A DNA stretch of 64,000 bases, taken from NCBI RefSeq assembly GCF_002113885.1, contig NW_018406168.1:3714-67713 (forward strand), given 5' to 3'. Origin of the DNA: Mizuhopecten yessoensis (Eukaryota). Below, in pieces: positions 1 through 13,399 of the stretch (positions within the stretch are counted from its first letter, which is position 1; each line of letters begins with the position of its first letter). The notes beneath the pieces were generated by a model. It saw only the letters and a program-made list of their open reading frames with translations, was not told the DNA's origin and did no database searches. Made by a program: the position numbers and the translations under genes.

Positions 1-2340
1 AGGACTGATACCAGGGCTACAATATATATCTGTCTTACGTTTTTTGACAAAGTCAGAGGACTGATACCGGGGCTACACTATATATCTGTCATATGTCGAG
101 TAACATAGTCAGAGGACTGATACCAGGACTACGCTATATATCTGTCATACGTCTAGTGACATAATCAGAGGACTGATTCCGGGGCTACACTATATATATG
201 TCATACGTCTAGTATATATCTGTCATACGTCTAGTAACATAGTCAGAGGACTGATACCAGGACTACACTATATTTCTGTCTTACGTCTTTTGACAAAGTC
301 AGAGGACTGATACCGGGGCTACACTATATATCTGTCATACGTCGAGTAACATAGTCAGAGGACTGATAACAGGACTACACTATATATCTGTCATACTTCA
401 GGTGTAATAGTCAGAGGACTGATACCAGGGCTAGACTATATATCTGTCATACGTCCAGTGTTATAGTCAGAGGACTGATACCAGGGCTACACTATATATC
501 TGTCATACGTCTAGTGACATATTCAGAGGACTGATACCAGGGCTACACTACATATCTGTCATACGTCCAGTGGTATAGTCAGAGGACTGATACCAGGACT
601 ACACTATATATCTGTCATACGTCCAGTGACATATTCAGAGGACTGATACCAGGGCTACACTATACATCTGTCATACGTCCAGTGTTATAGTCAGAGGACT
701 GATATCAGGTCTACACTATATATCTGTCATACGTCCAGTGTTATAGTCAGAGGACTGATACCAGGACTACACTATATATCTGTCATACGTCCAGTGACAT
801 ATTCAGAGGACTGATACCAGGGCTACACTATACATCTGTCATACGTCCAGTGTTATAGTCAGAGGACTGATACCAGGGCTACACTATATATCTGTCATAC
901 GTCCAGTGATATAGTCAGAGGACTGATACCAGGGCTACACTATATATCTGTCATACGTCCAGTGATATAGTCAGAGGACTGATACCAGGGCTACACTATA
1001 TATCTGTCATACGTCCAGTGATATAGTCAGAGGACTGATACCAGGTCTACACTATATATCTGTCATACGTCTAGTGACATAGTCAGAGGACTGATACCAG
1101 GGCTACACTATATATCTGTCATACGTCCAGTGTTATAGTCAGAGGACTGATACCAGGGCTACACTATATATCTGTCATACGTCCAGTGATATAGTCAGAG
1201 GACTGATACCAGGGCTACACTATATATCTGTCATACGTCCAGTGATATAGTCAGAGGACTGATACCAGGACTACACTACATATCTGTCATACGTCCAGTG
1301 TTATAGTCAGAGGACTGATACCAGGGCTACACTATATATCTGTCATACGTCCAGTGATATAGTCAGAGGACTGATACCAGGGCTACACTATATATCTGTC
1401 ATACGTCCAGTGATATAGTCAGAGGACTGATACCAGGGCTACACTATATATCTGTCATACGTCCAGTGATATAGTCAGAGGACTGATACCAGGGCTACAC
1501 TATATATCTGTCATACGTCCAGTGATATAGTCAGAGGACTGATACCAGGGCTACACTATATATCTGTCATACGTCCAGTGATATAGTCAGAGGACTGATA
1601 CCAGGGCTACACTATATATCTGTCATACGTCCAGTGATATAGTCAGAGGACTGATACCAGGGCTACACTATATATCTGTCATACGTCCAGTGATATAGTC
1701 AGAGGACTGATACCAGGTCTACACTATATATCTGTCATACGTCTAGTGACATAGTCAGAGGACTGATACCAGGGCTACACTATATATCTGTCATACGTCC
1801 AGTGTTATAGTCAGAGGACTGATACCAGGGCTACACTATATATCTGTCATACGTCCAGTGTTATAGTCAGAGGACTGATACTAGGACTACACTACATATC
1901 TGTCATACGTCCAGTGTTATAGTCAAAGGACTCATACCAGGGCTACACTACATATCTGTCATACGTCCAGTGTTATAGTCAGAGGACTGATACCAGGACT
2001 ACACTATATATCTGTCATACGTCCAGTGTTATAGTCAAAGGACAGATACCAGGGCTACACTATATATATGTCATATGTCCAGTGACATAGTCAGAGGAGT
2101 GATACCAGGGTTACACTATATATATCACTACATATCTGTCATACGTCCAGTGTTATAGTCAGAGGACTGATACCAGGATCTGTCATACGTCCAGTGTTAT
2201 AGTCAAAGGACTCATACCAGGGCTACACTACATATCTGTCATACGTCTAGTGTTATAGTCAGAGGACTGATACCAGGTCTACACTATATATCTGTCATAC
2301 GTCGAGTGACATAGTCAGAGGACTGATTCCAGGGCTACAC
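1..2340. repeat. Tandem satellite/minisatellite, 56-bp unit, about 42 copies, runs off the left edge
   Basis: Unit AGTCAGAGGACTGATACCAGGGCTACACTATATATCTGTCATACGTCCAGTG(A/T)TAT recurs every 56 nt (e.g. 1081 and 1137). It is near-perfect at about 1300-1700 and more diverged or rearranged at the edges. Confidence 0.98.
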
Positions 2341-5300
2341 ATTTTATCTGCAATCAATTGTTTTTTTCGAAGTAATTAAAATTACTGCGATCAAAACCAA
2401 TGTAACGCCGTGTATTTATTCCATGCCAATCGTCATCGAATATTTCCCCTTAATACTCAATCGATTTAAACATATTGAGGATTTATAATTGGTACAATAT
2501 TCTAAACAGTCAAAATTACACACAAATACTTTCTTTCATTCTAGCACATGCAGATAAATCAATAAAATGTTGTTTTTTGAAATGTGTATTGTCGATCGAT
2601 TAATGCTACCTTTTAGCAAACAAAGATGATATTTGCTTTTCTGTTTTCTTCAACATTTATCCAGTTTAAATAAGCACCAGCTTAAACATCATCATCTGGT
2701 CTACATCGATACCCCCGTCGTCAGGTTCTAATTAGATCTGGTGGATGAAGTCAATAAACTGATTGTTCACAAATGGAAAAGTTCACATGGGTGACTTGCA
2801 TTGTAAGTGCATTTTTATGTCAAATGATTAAAGTTTCATATATGTTTTTGTGTTCGGTATATATACAGTCAATTGTGGATGGTGACGTTTTTGGTTATGA
2901 TAAAAAAAAATTGTCGTAATAAAGTAGACATTTCTCTGGGTATTAATAATTACAAAGTACGTAATAATCGTTTTCCACTTACTGCGACTCGTAGTGATGA
3001 GTAGAATAGATATTGAAATTCAGTTGTTTGGAATTCACAACGAAATATCAATATCACACAGAGTCACTACGCTGAAACCAAATGAAACGCGGGGATCACC
3101 CATCCAGCTACTTACCACGCTCGACGTTGCTGAACCGCCCCGCTGGAAATTCCTTAACTGTAATAGTAGCATTGCCTCATTATCAATCTCATCATTCTCG
3201 TGACGTCACACTTAAAACGCAAAAGATACCACTGGTAAATGATGGATATTATTTAGGACAATGATATCTATGGTATTCGTATAGATGACTTTAATTTTCT
3301 TCTGACAAAATATCAATTACCGTACTCTGTTACTAGTGAAATGCAAATACATCTCTATCGCTTTTAACTGTTTGCTTAACATTTCTATACATATGGGGTC
3401 TTAAATGTTGTTCTATAAGTACATTCACTAATTCTTGTCGTCAACGTTGCAGAGACAATTTATCTGTAAGTTAGACAGTAATGTTATACCAATAATTGCT
3501 CTCCTTTATTGCCATTTTGTCTTTCCCTGAAAGGTAAACGCAATGCTGATTTTTGTTCCGGTGTGCAGTTCCGTGCCTTTCAAGCATCAGGCGATATCAC
3601 AAGACGGACATTACATGTATATCCCAGATACATACAAAAAGGATACAAAGTTTCGTCAAACGTTAGGAGAAATTCATCAAAAAAGGACGAAATAAACACT
3701 TTTTTAAAATTTCTATTTCCAGTTTTAGCGGTGTCTTCGTTCCTTTTGCCGTTGTCACAGATGGCATGACATTAAAAGAAGAAATTGCAGCTATGAGCTA
3801 CCATATCTCAATTAAATTGGTACTGTCATTAATCGTTATGGAACAGGGAGTAAAATCGATTTGATGATTGCTGTATACTGTTACCAGCGCATAAAGTTTG
3901 TACACCCTGACATATGAACAGTGCTTCATGTACAATGTATATACATATTCTGGACAACAAGATAGTAGGAAAAGCAAACGAATAACGCTAGGTAAAGTAA
4001 CTATTTGCCGGAGGACGTCAATGTGATTCAAATGAACTGCTCGCGTCATAATTTTGATAATTGAAAATAAGGTAAACAAAGAATTCGAATAGTTCGATAT
4101 TGGAAAGGGTGGAGGCTGGACAATTGAAACAACGAAAGGCTGATGGTAACCGAGAAGATGCTGTCAGGTGTTATATTTGTGATAATACTTTGGACTGTGA
4201 GAGGTAAATATCGTTTGATTTTAAAACAATTGATGACTTGGAAAAATATTCTTTATTACAGTCACTTACAAATACTTTTATAAATTTAGAACAAATGAGG
4301 ATGGAGAGATGGGGAAACTGCTTAACAGACAAGGTATAACTGAATAATACCATCGTATGGCATTGCCACTTTACAGCCATACTAAATTCAGTTGAAATTC
4401 ATTTAGGCTATGAATGCCATGGGCCGCTTGTTTACGTCATCATTTTCATGACGTCATAAATGTTACGTTGTATACCACTGACCCTCCCTGGGCGATCGCT
4501 GTTCTGTTCATAGAACAAGCAAACACGACACATACATTATTTGAGCTAAATGCTGAATTATAATAAGTGTAATTGAATTTTCTATGAGATGAACAGATTC
4601 CCAAAAATGGTAAATATAAGTAGTGATCTGCTTTCAGTTTGCATTCATATTGCATACCAATGCCAACTGAAAGCAGTTCAATGCTTAAAGGACTGAACCA
4701 TCTGATATAACTAAATAGTCTAACCTCTTCAATCCATGCTGCTTTGTTCCGAGAATCTCGCAATCTAGATAGATAATGCTTAGAACGGACTTTAATAAAA
4801 AGAATTATACTCGATAACCCGTGACTGGCGTTTAATCGGCAAGACAATGTCACGTGACTTCTAGATTTTGTCTTGGCATCAAATGCATCTAGCGTAGCTA
4901 TTTATGTTCTGACAAAGTTGTTTACAGACACACAGACGTAACTCGGTGGCCGCAAGGTCATTTTTGACACCGTTTCTTCGTCCGACCAGACGCTAGTATT
5001 TTATTAACTCACTGAATTGTGATAAAAACAGGATAAAAGTTTGTTCACATTGCTACAGTCCAAAATCTGAAACAACAAGTCAGGGGCTTTTTTTCATGTC
5101 GAAAGTACAGTGATATAAAGACATTTTGGCAATGAAGTTATACCCTGCTATACAGAAAAGGTATATTTACCATTTCTCTTTTTTTAATAACTTGAACATT
5201 TTCAATATCAAATGTTTGCATGATCATAATACTCCGTATATCGGTATGCATTGTTAAAATAACCCCAGAAAGATAGGAAGCTTACAATTAGAAACTGCAC

Positions 5301-5481
5301 ACACAGTCAAGAGATAGATCATTCTTTTGCAAGAGGGTATCGAGGAAACCTCCTAATTACTGCGCCTAATTACTAATCCATTACACATCAAGGCGCTATT
5401 TAATTATGGCGATCATTCCTGCACAAATCCTCGCAAAAAGGAAAAACTCTTTACAGTAAGACGTTCCAGTTACCTTGATAC

Positions 5482-5559
5482 TAGTCTGAATTATTCTGAC
5501 GTTTTATCGACAAAACGATAAAAAAAAAAGTCGATAAAACGTCAGAATAATTCGGACTA
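5482..5559. mobile_element. 78-bp non-autonomous DNA transposon (MITE), 30-bp TIRs, 9-bp TSD
   Basis: 5482-5511 TAGTCTGAATTATTCTGACGTTTTATCGAC is the reverse complement of 5530-5559 (1 mismatch). Flanked by CCTTGATAC at 5473-5481 and 5560-5568. Confidence 0.9.
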
Positions 5560-6189
5560 CCTTGATACCTGTACTACAACAAAAATAAAACAACATACAA
5601 ATGTATATTTGTTTTAAACATTTCCTCAACAATGGAAATGAACAGTTAAATATAACCTTTTTTATCTGCGTTTTAATAAAGATCAAATGCAAAATGTCGT
5701 CGCCTGTGTAAAACTCTAATTGATATTCTGTTTAACGTTCACCTAATTAAATCACTTGCTTTTCCTGTGAACACACACATGGGAAAAAATATCGATATCG
5801 CCACATCGCAATAGACCTATAGTCTAAATTCCTGTCCCATCCTGAAATAAAGAGTTTCTGTCTGTAACTAGTTATAAATCGGCACACGGTGTGAAACAAT
5901 ACGAAGTTGGTGAAAGGGGGCGTTAAAACTGGTGTTGGTGGTCTTGAAAAGTCATTATTGATTTCGACATAAATGCATTATAAATTATTTATTGTAGGAG
6001 CGTGATGCATAAATAAATTGTGTAAAGACTTTAACTTTAAAAATATTAATTATTTCGTCCATACTCTCATCAAATAATCAAAAGTTGTTGAGATATTATA
6101 TGTGGAAAGAGAAATGTACACGTAGACGCATGATCATAATGGCGTCTCTTGTTAGGTCTATCAATTATGAATTTATGATCAATCAATTA

Positions 6190-7730
6190 TCTGTAACACA
6201 GAGGCAAGCTAAGGGTGACAAACCCAGACACTTTATTAAGAACTGGCGACCAATTTTGCCTCAGAATCTATAGCTAATAGAATAAAACCTTTTTTGGGAA
6301 AATTAATTAACCCCGATCAGACAGAATTTTTATCAGACGATACATAGGTGAAAATATCAGACTCATTTATGACATTATGCAATATACTGAAGAAATTAAT
6401 ATTCCTGGCATGCTACATCAATGATTGATTTTGAAAAAGCTTTCGATTCTGTTTCATGGAAATTTATTGATGGAGTTCTCATGTTTTTTAAATTTGGAAA
6501 TGATATGAGGAAATGGATAAAAGTTTTACATAGAAAAGCCAGTTCTGCTATAAATCAGGGGAGGGGATTTATCTGCCTTTTTCGAGATTAAACGCGGTTG
6601 TCGTCCAGGGGACCCAATCGCACCATATTTATTTATACTTGGTGCAGAATTTTAACTATTAGAATTAGAAATAACAGAAGTATAAAAGGCATAAATGTTG
6701 ATAATTGTCCAATCCAATGTTTTTTATAAAAAAAAACTCAACTCGGTCCTTTTCAACTTCTTATGGAATAGTAAGACAGACAGAGCTAAGAGAGAGGTAA
6801 TTGTAGAAACTTACATTGAAGGAGGTCTTGAAATGGTCCATGTTAAGAAATATATAGAAGCTTTTAAGCTAGGGTGGATCAGGAGAATCTCTAGCTCAAT
6901 TAGAATGGCTAGGAATTCTGAAAAAATATAGACGTTCCGCTTTTATCTAAATGTGGGAATGATTATCTACACGTAGCGAAAACTAAATGTAAAAATATTT
7001 TCTGGGAAGTTGTATTTCAGGCTTGGGATAATCTTAGAGTTAACGAAGAACTTGTTAGAAATATTAATGATAATGAGGAGTTGATACTTAAAGCTCCAGT
7101 ATGGTTTAACTAAAACATTGTTGTTAATAACCAACCAATTTTCTACAAAAAATGGTTCGATGCAGGAATTAGTTTAGTGAATGATTTAATAAAAGGCAAT
7201 AGAACTTTTTCCTTTTGTAATTTTATTGAATTGTGAACTGTGTTTGGTACAATAACAAATTATTTACAGTATCATGGAGTAATCCAAAATATTAAGAAAT
7301 ACTTGAGGCCTTTTACATCTCCATTCCTCTTAATCTTGAGCTAATTCTAAAGAAAAAAAAAGGTCGCAGGACTTCTACCGCTTACTCCTGAGAAATAATA
7401 TTAACATAACTGGTCAGCAAAACTAGGGGAAATTCTTTGACTGCAATGTAAAGGTACAGTATTCCTTTTCGATCAACTAAAAATTCTAAACTCCGTTGGC
7501 TACAATTTAAGGTTAACCGCTATATTCTAACAACTAACTCTTATGCACATCGCATTGATAATGAAGTTCTTCTTCTGATCAAATTCTATATCTACAGAAC
7601 AAGAGCTATACATGGTACTCTCTCTGTTATGGATCTAGCTAATGTTATAAAAGAAAAATATGTGGTTCAAAAATGTATTTCATATTGTAAAAGTGATCAT
7701 TGTCTACATTTTTTTTCTAAATGAATAGAA
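6190..7730 (+). mobile_element. Decayed L1/Tx1-type LINE ORF2 fragment (RT and C-terminal region)
   Basis: Frameshifted motifs KGDKPRHFIKNWRPI, IGENIRLIYDIMQY, IDFEKAFDSVSW, GDPIAPYLFI and FNFLWNSK...GGL...LGWIRR. Many stops; the YADD segment is missing through an internal deletion near 6700. Confidence 0.88.
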
Positions 7731-7989
7731 GAAATAGATGAAATTAGTTGATTTTGCCTAAAACCTGACATGATTTAGGCTAATATCTTAATTATTCAGT
7801 AACAATTCTGTTACTTAACTTAAATTAGTATCTAGCTCTGTTTTGACTTCCTTCCCTGACATGCTTGTTCTGATATCTGTTTTTATCTTTTTTCTTTTCT
7901 TTTTTTTCCTCATTTCTGTTCTCTTATCAGCTTCTTTTTCTTTTCTTTTATCCTTCCTTCTTCCTTATAGCAATACAGTGTGATATTAA

Positions 7990-8400
7990 ATGAAATAATA
8001 TCTATCCTTATGCAGTCTTTAGTGATACAAATTTCTTTTTGCATAATTTGTGGGGCCCCAGAAACAATATTTCACCTTTTTTGGGGATTGTACACATAGT
8101 CAATCACCTTGGATATGTTTTATAAATTCAGTTTTTCTCAAATATGATGTTGTTTTAGAAAAATAACCTGCTAGTTTCCTATTTAGTTGATAATGTTCAA
8201 TTGATGGGTTTAAATATATGCATATTGCTTATTTAGAAATACATATCGTTGATGCGACAATACAGTGAAATTCCTAATTGGGAAACATGTAAGACTTTTA
8301 TTCAAAATTACAGAAATCTTGATCTATATTCGACCTATATGTTGACCCAAAATGCAGCGAACAGGATCCGACAAAAATGGGAAAGTATCAAACTTATTTT
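7990..8400 (+). mobile_element. Second L1/Tx1-like 3' fragment (zf-RVT-like remnant)
   Basis: About 8040-8100 reads C..CGAPETIFHLF(W)..C, the CCHC knuckle typical of L1/Tx1 ORF2 C-termini. Heavily decayed. Confidence 0.5.
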
Positions 8401-8411
8401 TGAATGAACAA

Positions 8412-8484
8412 TGATATTTTGTGTATAGTGTATAAGTGATATTTTGTGTATAGTGTATGGGTGATATTTTGTGTATAGTGTATG
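8412..8484. repeat. Minisatellite, 25 bp x 3
   Basis: TGATATTTTGTGTATAGTGTAT(AAG/GGG) starts at 8412, 8437 and 8462. Confidence 0.9.
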
Positions 8485-9799
8485 TTTTCATCAATAACCT
8501 TAGTCTCACTTGTACCTTAATTATGTGATTGACGCATTTTTTTTAAATTAAATCCTCTGCGTATTATCATCAGGACACAAAAAAGAATGATTGAGATATG
8601 TTTAGAAAAAAACTTTCAGTAATTGCTATAGAAAAAAGTTCATATTACACATTTGACGATACACTTAAGTAAATGTATGAAGGCATTAGTTAAAAAAAAA
8701 TGAAAGAGAGAGAACATTGTACTACTTTGATGTACAAAGATTGTCGTTATGCCGATATATAGTCTCAATTCCTGTTCCATCCTGAAACACTGGCTCGATT
8801 TTTAAATTTTGTTACAGTCACCGAGGTTTAACAGGTAAGGAGGTCAAATACAATTGTAAGTTTCTGTCTGTAACTGGTTATAAATCGGCACGCGGTGTGA
8901 ATAAGTGAATCGTTGTTGATCTCGACATAAATGTATTACCAAGTGTTTCTTTTATGAGTGGTGATATATAAATATATTATGTAAAGACTATAACAAGACA
9001 TTAAAAACGTTAATTATTTCGTTCATATTCTCAACAGATGGTAATCAAAAGCTGATGAGATTTAAGACGATGACAAAAAATGTACACGTATTGTTTAATG
9101 CCGGCTCTTTTCGAAGATTTCTCCCGGTAGAAATATTCACATTACCTGGTTGATTACAAAAAGGATCTTAAGAAAATATCCGGATTTTGACTTTTTGTGC
9201 CTGTGGTAAAAACAGAAATAAGAAAGAAGCACCGACAGAAGGATAATGCAACTGACATCAGTTCCAAGATTGTCCGGTTAGTTTTCATCCTTCCGGAAAT
9301 ATTCGATGAAGGCCGATTGAGTATGACGTGTTTGTGACCCCATAGTATGATAATATCTGAACGAAATTGCATGCATTTTAGTATCAGATTTTATGTGATG
9401 GACTTTTTCACTCAGAATGTATATAATTTTTTATCAAAATATAGAAATATAACAACAATTCTGTATACGTATATATTCTGTTTCTTTTATTTTCCCTAGC
9501 AACAGATGATTACAAATGTAAGTTCCATCTCATTCCCGCGAGACTACGTCAAAGGAGAAACTCTACTTTGTATTTCGTCTTGATTTTTTGTCTAAATATA
9601 AGAGTAATAAAAACATGAAGATTGTTTTTACTATATGTAGATATAATGTATACGAGTATGTGTTGAAAAATAATTGGTTTTACTTCAAGGATACACTTCC
9701 GGTTTCCCCACTGGACGGCTGCTTCCGGCCGAAACAAATGTATGCACGCATGTGTTGCTATTAAAGAGCTTCACTCGGGCGCCAATTCTTAAACAAATA

Positions 9800-10130
9800 A
9801 CGTTCTTTGTTACATAGTTCTTGGTACATCGACAAATAATAATCTGATCCTAGGGACTATTTTGTTGTGCTTAAACAAAAAACCTACTCTTAGGTACATA
9901 TTTCTTGGTACATCAACAGATAATCTTGCCTGAAGTACAGTGTACATACTTGTATTTCGTGGTACATACGTTAAGTATATCTGACCTTAGGAACATACAG
10001 TATTTCGTTGTAAATATATAAAGAATCTGATCTTAGACACAAATACCTTGGTAATAAACAAATAATGTAACTTGGTACATATTTCATGGTACATAAACAA
10101 AGAACCTGGTCAACAAATGATCTGAACAAT
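9800..10130. repeat. Old degenerate tandem repeat (about 40-bp scale)
   Basis: Recurrent (CT)TGGTACAT...ACAAATAATCTGA.C.TAGG motifs. Confidence 0.6.
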
Positions 10131-10813
10131 GGCACACTTTTATGTGGCGCAAAAACGTAAAGTCTGCATCACGATAACCTTAAAAGGAAGCGTCATAGTG
10201 TGGAGCACAAACAACAGGCCTGAACCACGATACAGTGTTTCATGCTTCACATTGATGTATTAATGGAAATATTACCATATTAACCACCACATGGCATTGC
10301 CACTATAAAACTCATCTAAGCTATGAATGCCGTGACCAATTCTTGATGTCAACAATATTTTTGGTGGCATCATAATTTTAACGCTGGAGACCAATCAACA
10401 GGCATATACAATACATACACTAATTTGTAGCAAATTTTGAATTTTGAGAAGTTATTTTAATTTTCTATGAAAAAATCATATTGGTTAACATAAAAACCAT
10501 TGATAATCACACTGTATTTTCAGAGTGTGTCGTGAGAAATGTCTGCTCATCGCGAGCACGTGGGTAAAATCGAGATGCCATCGTTTTTTTTCTGATAAAC
10601 TGTTTATCATCTATAACAAAATATGTACTACCACCTTATATATTCTTCCATTCATAAAAGTAAAAAAAAAAGATCTTTCAATCGACTAGTAGGCTCAATA
10701 ATTATCGCGATCATCGGTCTGTGATAAATTTAAACAAATGGAAAATTTCCGCGGAAGAATACCATGAACCTAAAATATATGAAGAAAAAATAATTTTGAA
10801 ACAGTATTATTGT

Positions 10814-10880
10814 CATTTACCTCTCAATATGCACATTTACCTCTCAATATGCACATTTACCTCTCAATATGCACATTTAC
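10814..10880. repeat. Minisatellite, 20 bp x about 3.4
   Basis: CATTTACCTCTCAATATGCA starts at 10814, 10834 and 10854, with a partial copy at 10874. Confidence 0.92.
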
Positions 10881-11661
10881 GCTTCAAATGATACTGCTAT
10901 CCTCAAAATAATTGTTTATACCTTGAAAATGATTTTGTTTATGACGGACTATTTTCTTACGCGGATCACTTTTATATTGGTACTATATCCGGTTCAGGAC
11001 GTCAACTCGCGCGACCAGACGTTTTTAAGAAGATACATTCCCAAATTGGAAAATCCTTTCTCGATTTTTTTTTCAATTTGAGTAATTTTATACTGACAAC
11101 CAATGATAATGAATTTATTATGCTGACGTTAGGTGGTATGACGTAGTTACTGCTTTCCATTGGTAATTCTAGAAAATGAAGGCCGACCTGATAAAGTCAA
11201 ATTCATTGGAGCGCGCTAACATATGTTTTCAACAGTGCAATTCACAGGAATATATCGAATCAATAAGTAACAATGGGTACACAAATAAATAAATGAGTCT
11301 TCAACGAGCATTTAAATCATTGAACCAGCGAGGGTAGAATTAATTTACTTTATTCTCTTTATGATATGATCCAGTTCTTGCACTGACTTTGCCGTCCTGG
11401 GAATTAGTCCTCTATTAGCAACGTGCTAGGTGCAAAACAATGACACCGCTACAGACAAATGTCAGTAAATTATTCGGCAAATGAAAACAGTTTCATAAAT
11501 GTCTCTTGATAGTTGGCTTCTTAACGTCTCAAATATGAGAAGGTTGCGGCTGGCCTAGGAATACAATATCTTTTTCTTCCCTTGGGGTTTTCCTGTAATA
11601 AGTAATGTAGTCAACATAACTAATTTGCTTATTCAGAAATCAGCAACGTTTCTAATTTCAG

Positions 11662-11719
11662 ATATATCATTACTGAATCACGTTCTGTTGTTACCTTCTG
11701 GCCACAGCTCTGATAGGAA
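11662..11719 (+). pseudogene. Candidate signal-peptide exon of the FAMeT-PAN gene (start codon apparently ACG)
   Basis: TTTCAG acceptor ends at 11661 and GTAAGC donor starts at 11720. 11680-11719 reads (ACG)FCCYLLATALIG plus 1 nt; the phase-1 end joins the 12467 exon (A+GC = Ser). No in-frame ATG. Confidence 0.4.
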
Positions 11720-12466
11720 GTAAGCATACAAACTTTGTTGTAATTGTACTGTTGGACAAACACGTATATAGTTAATATCATTGCTCTGTATACCCTATAT
11801 TAAAACAGGATGTACACTATGTATGTTCCTATAAGTAACAGTACTGTGTTGTTTAGACCAGATACACCATAATGTTGAGGTCTAATTAGGGAATAAGTGA
11901 TTTGAAGAAATGGGTAATTAATAACATTGTTCTTCACTTATTTGTACAATAACAGATCATAATCATCATGCGAGTTTTAGATATTCTAATATTAAGCGAT
12001 TCAATTAAAATTCGAATCAAACAAAAACGGCAGAGAAAAACGCAAAATAAATTGGAATATATTTCAAAGCTGTAGGGATAAAACATACTCTGTACCTTCG
12101 GGTGTTGTAAAAAGGTGGCTAAATATGCCGACATATACAACTTAATTGCACGTTCATCGAGTCATTGGAGACTAGATATTACTGGAAAGTATTCGTACAT
12201 AGCAGAAATGAACAGTGCAATTAACTGCCCAGTTCACAATGAATCACCTAAAATAATTTGATTTAAATCTAAGTTACACTTTAAACTTTGAAAAGGATAT
12301 TAAGGGATGCTTTTTTTCAATAATATTTTCTCCAGAGTTGATAACAGTACCAGCCATTTTTCAATTTGGCCCGGATCGTTGGTGACCTGGCAACACAAAT
12401 GCATAACCTGAAAATTGCGATATACACACGATATAAATTAAATGTGTATTTTACTGTTGACAACAG

Positions 12467-12875
12467 GCTCCGACATCGATGTTACCACCTCCAGCGTGAA
12501 ACGCTACCTCAGCTTAACCCATTACGGTTACGTGTATCATTTCACGTTCCAGTGAAAGCTTGTCACGATGTACATGTGGGTCTGTTTAACGAAGATGGCG
12601 GCGCAACATTCAACTACGAAATTGTTATAGATGGATGGACAAACAGAAAGTCGATGTTGAGGGCCCCACCATTGTTTGTAGAAAATTTCGAGAGGAATAC
12701 TGTTGATTGTAATGCCTACAGGAGCTTCTGGGTGTCCTGGAGAAGTAACGTCGTGGCCGCCGGACGTGGTACGACATATTATTGTCAGTCACTGATCAGA
12801 CACCGAACCAGGTGCGATACATCGCAATAACTACAGGATATGGCTCCTCGGGTGAATGGAAAATACCAAATAAAC
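12467..12875 (+). pseudogene. Exon encoding a farnesoic acid O-methyltransferase-like (Methyltransf_FA) domain, with two frameshifts
   Basis: Family motifs VKACHDVHVGL, YEIVIDGWTNRKSMLR, DCNAYRSFWVSW, VAAGRG and VRYIAITTGYGSSGEW are spread over three frames, with shifts near 12550 and 12775. Acceptor ACAG ends at 12466 and donor GTAGG starts at 12876. Confidence 0.85.
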
Positions 12876-13399
12876 GTAGGAATATCACAATATCTATATG
12901 CAATCTAAAAATTGTAAAACTGGAAATGTTCACGTTTGGAAATGTTTGCGTTGTTACCTTATAAACTAATCGCGTTGTGAAACTGTTTGCATTTCCATTG
13001 ATTTTGACATCTATTTTGATATATATTCACTTGTTGATATTTTTTGCACACCTGGAAAATTCTCCCTTTACAGTGTGTATTGTTTTATCTTATCTCAATT
13101 AGTATTCGACCAGCTTCACGATAATTGATCTAGGTTGTTAAAGAATATGCATTATAAGATTTGTATTTTTATATATCATATATATACAAAGTGCATAAAT
13201 ATGTGCTGCTGTTACATATAAGGTTTGTTCTTAAAGTTACGGGGCAAGTATCTTTTTTGAAATGTTTCTCTTGGAGAAATAGTATCTTTATTGTATTGGT
13301 AATGGCATTCAAACAGAAAGTCTGAAGTTCGGAAGGGAGTTATTGACAACTCATAATATTCTTCTGTGGCAGGATTGCATTTTATCAAATTTAGTTTAA

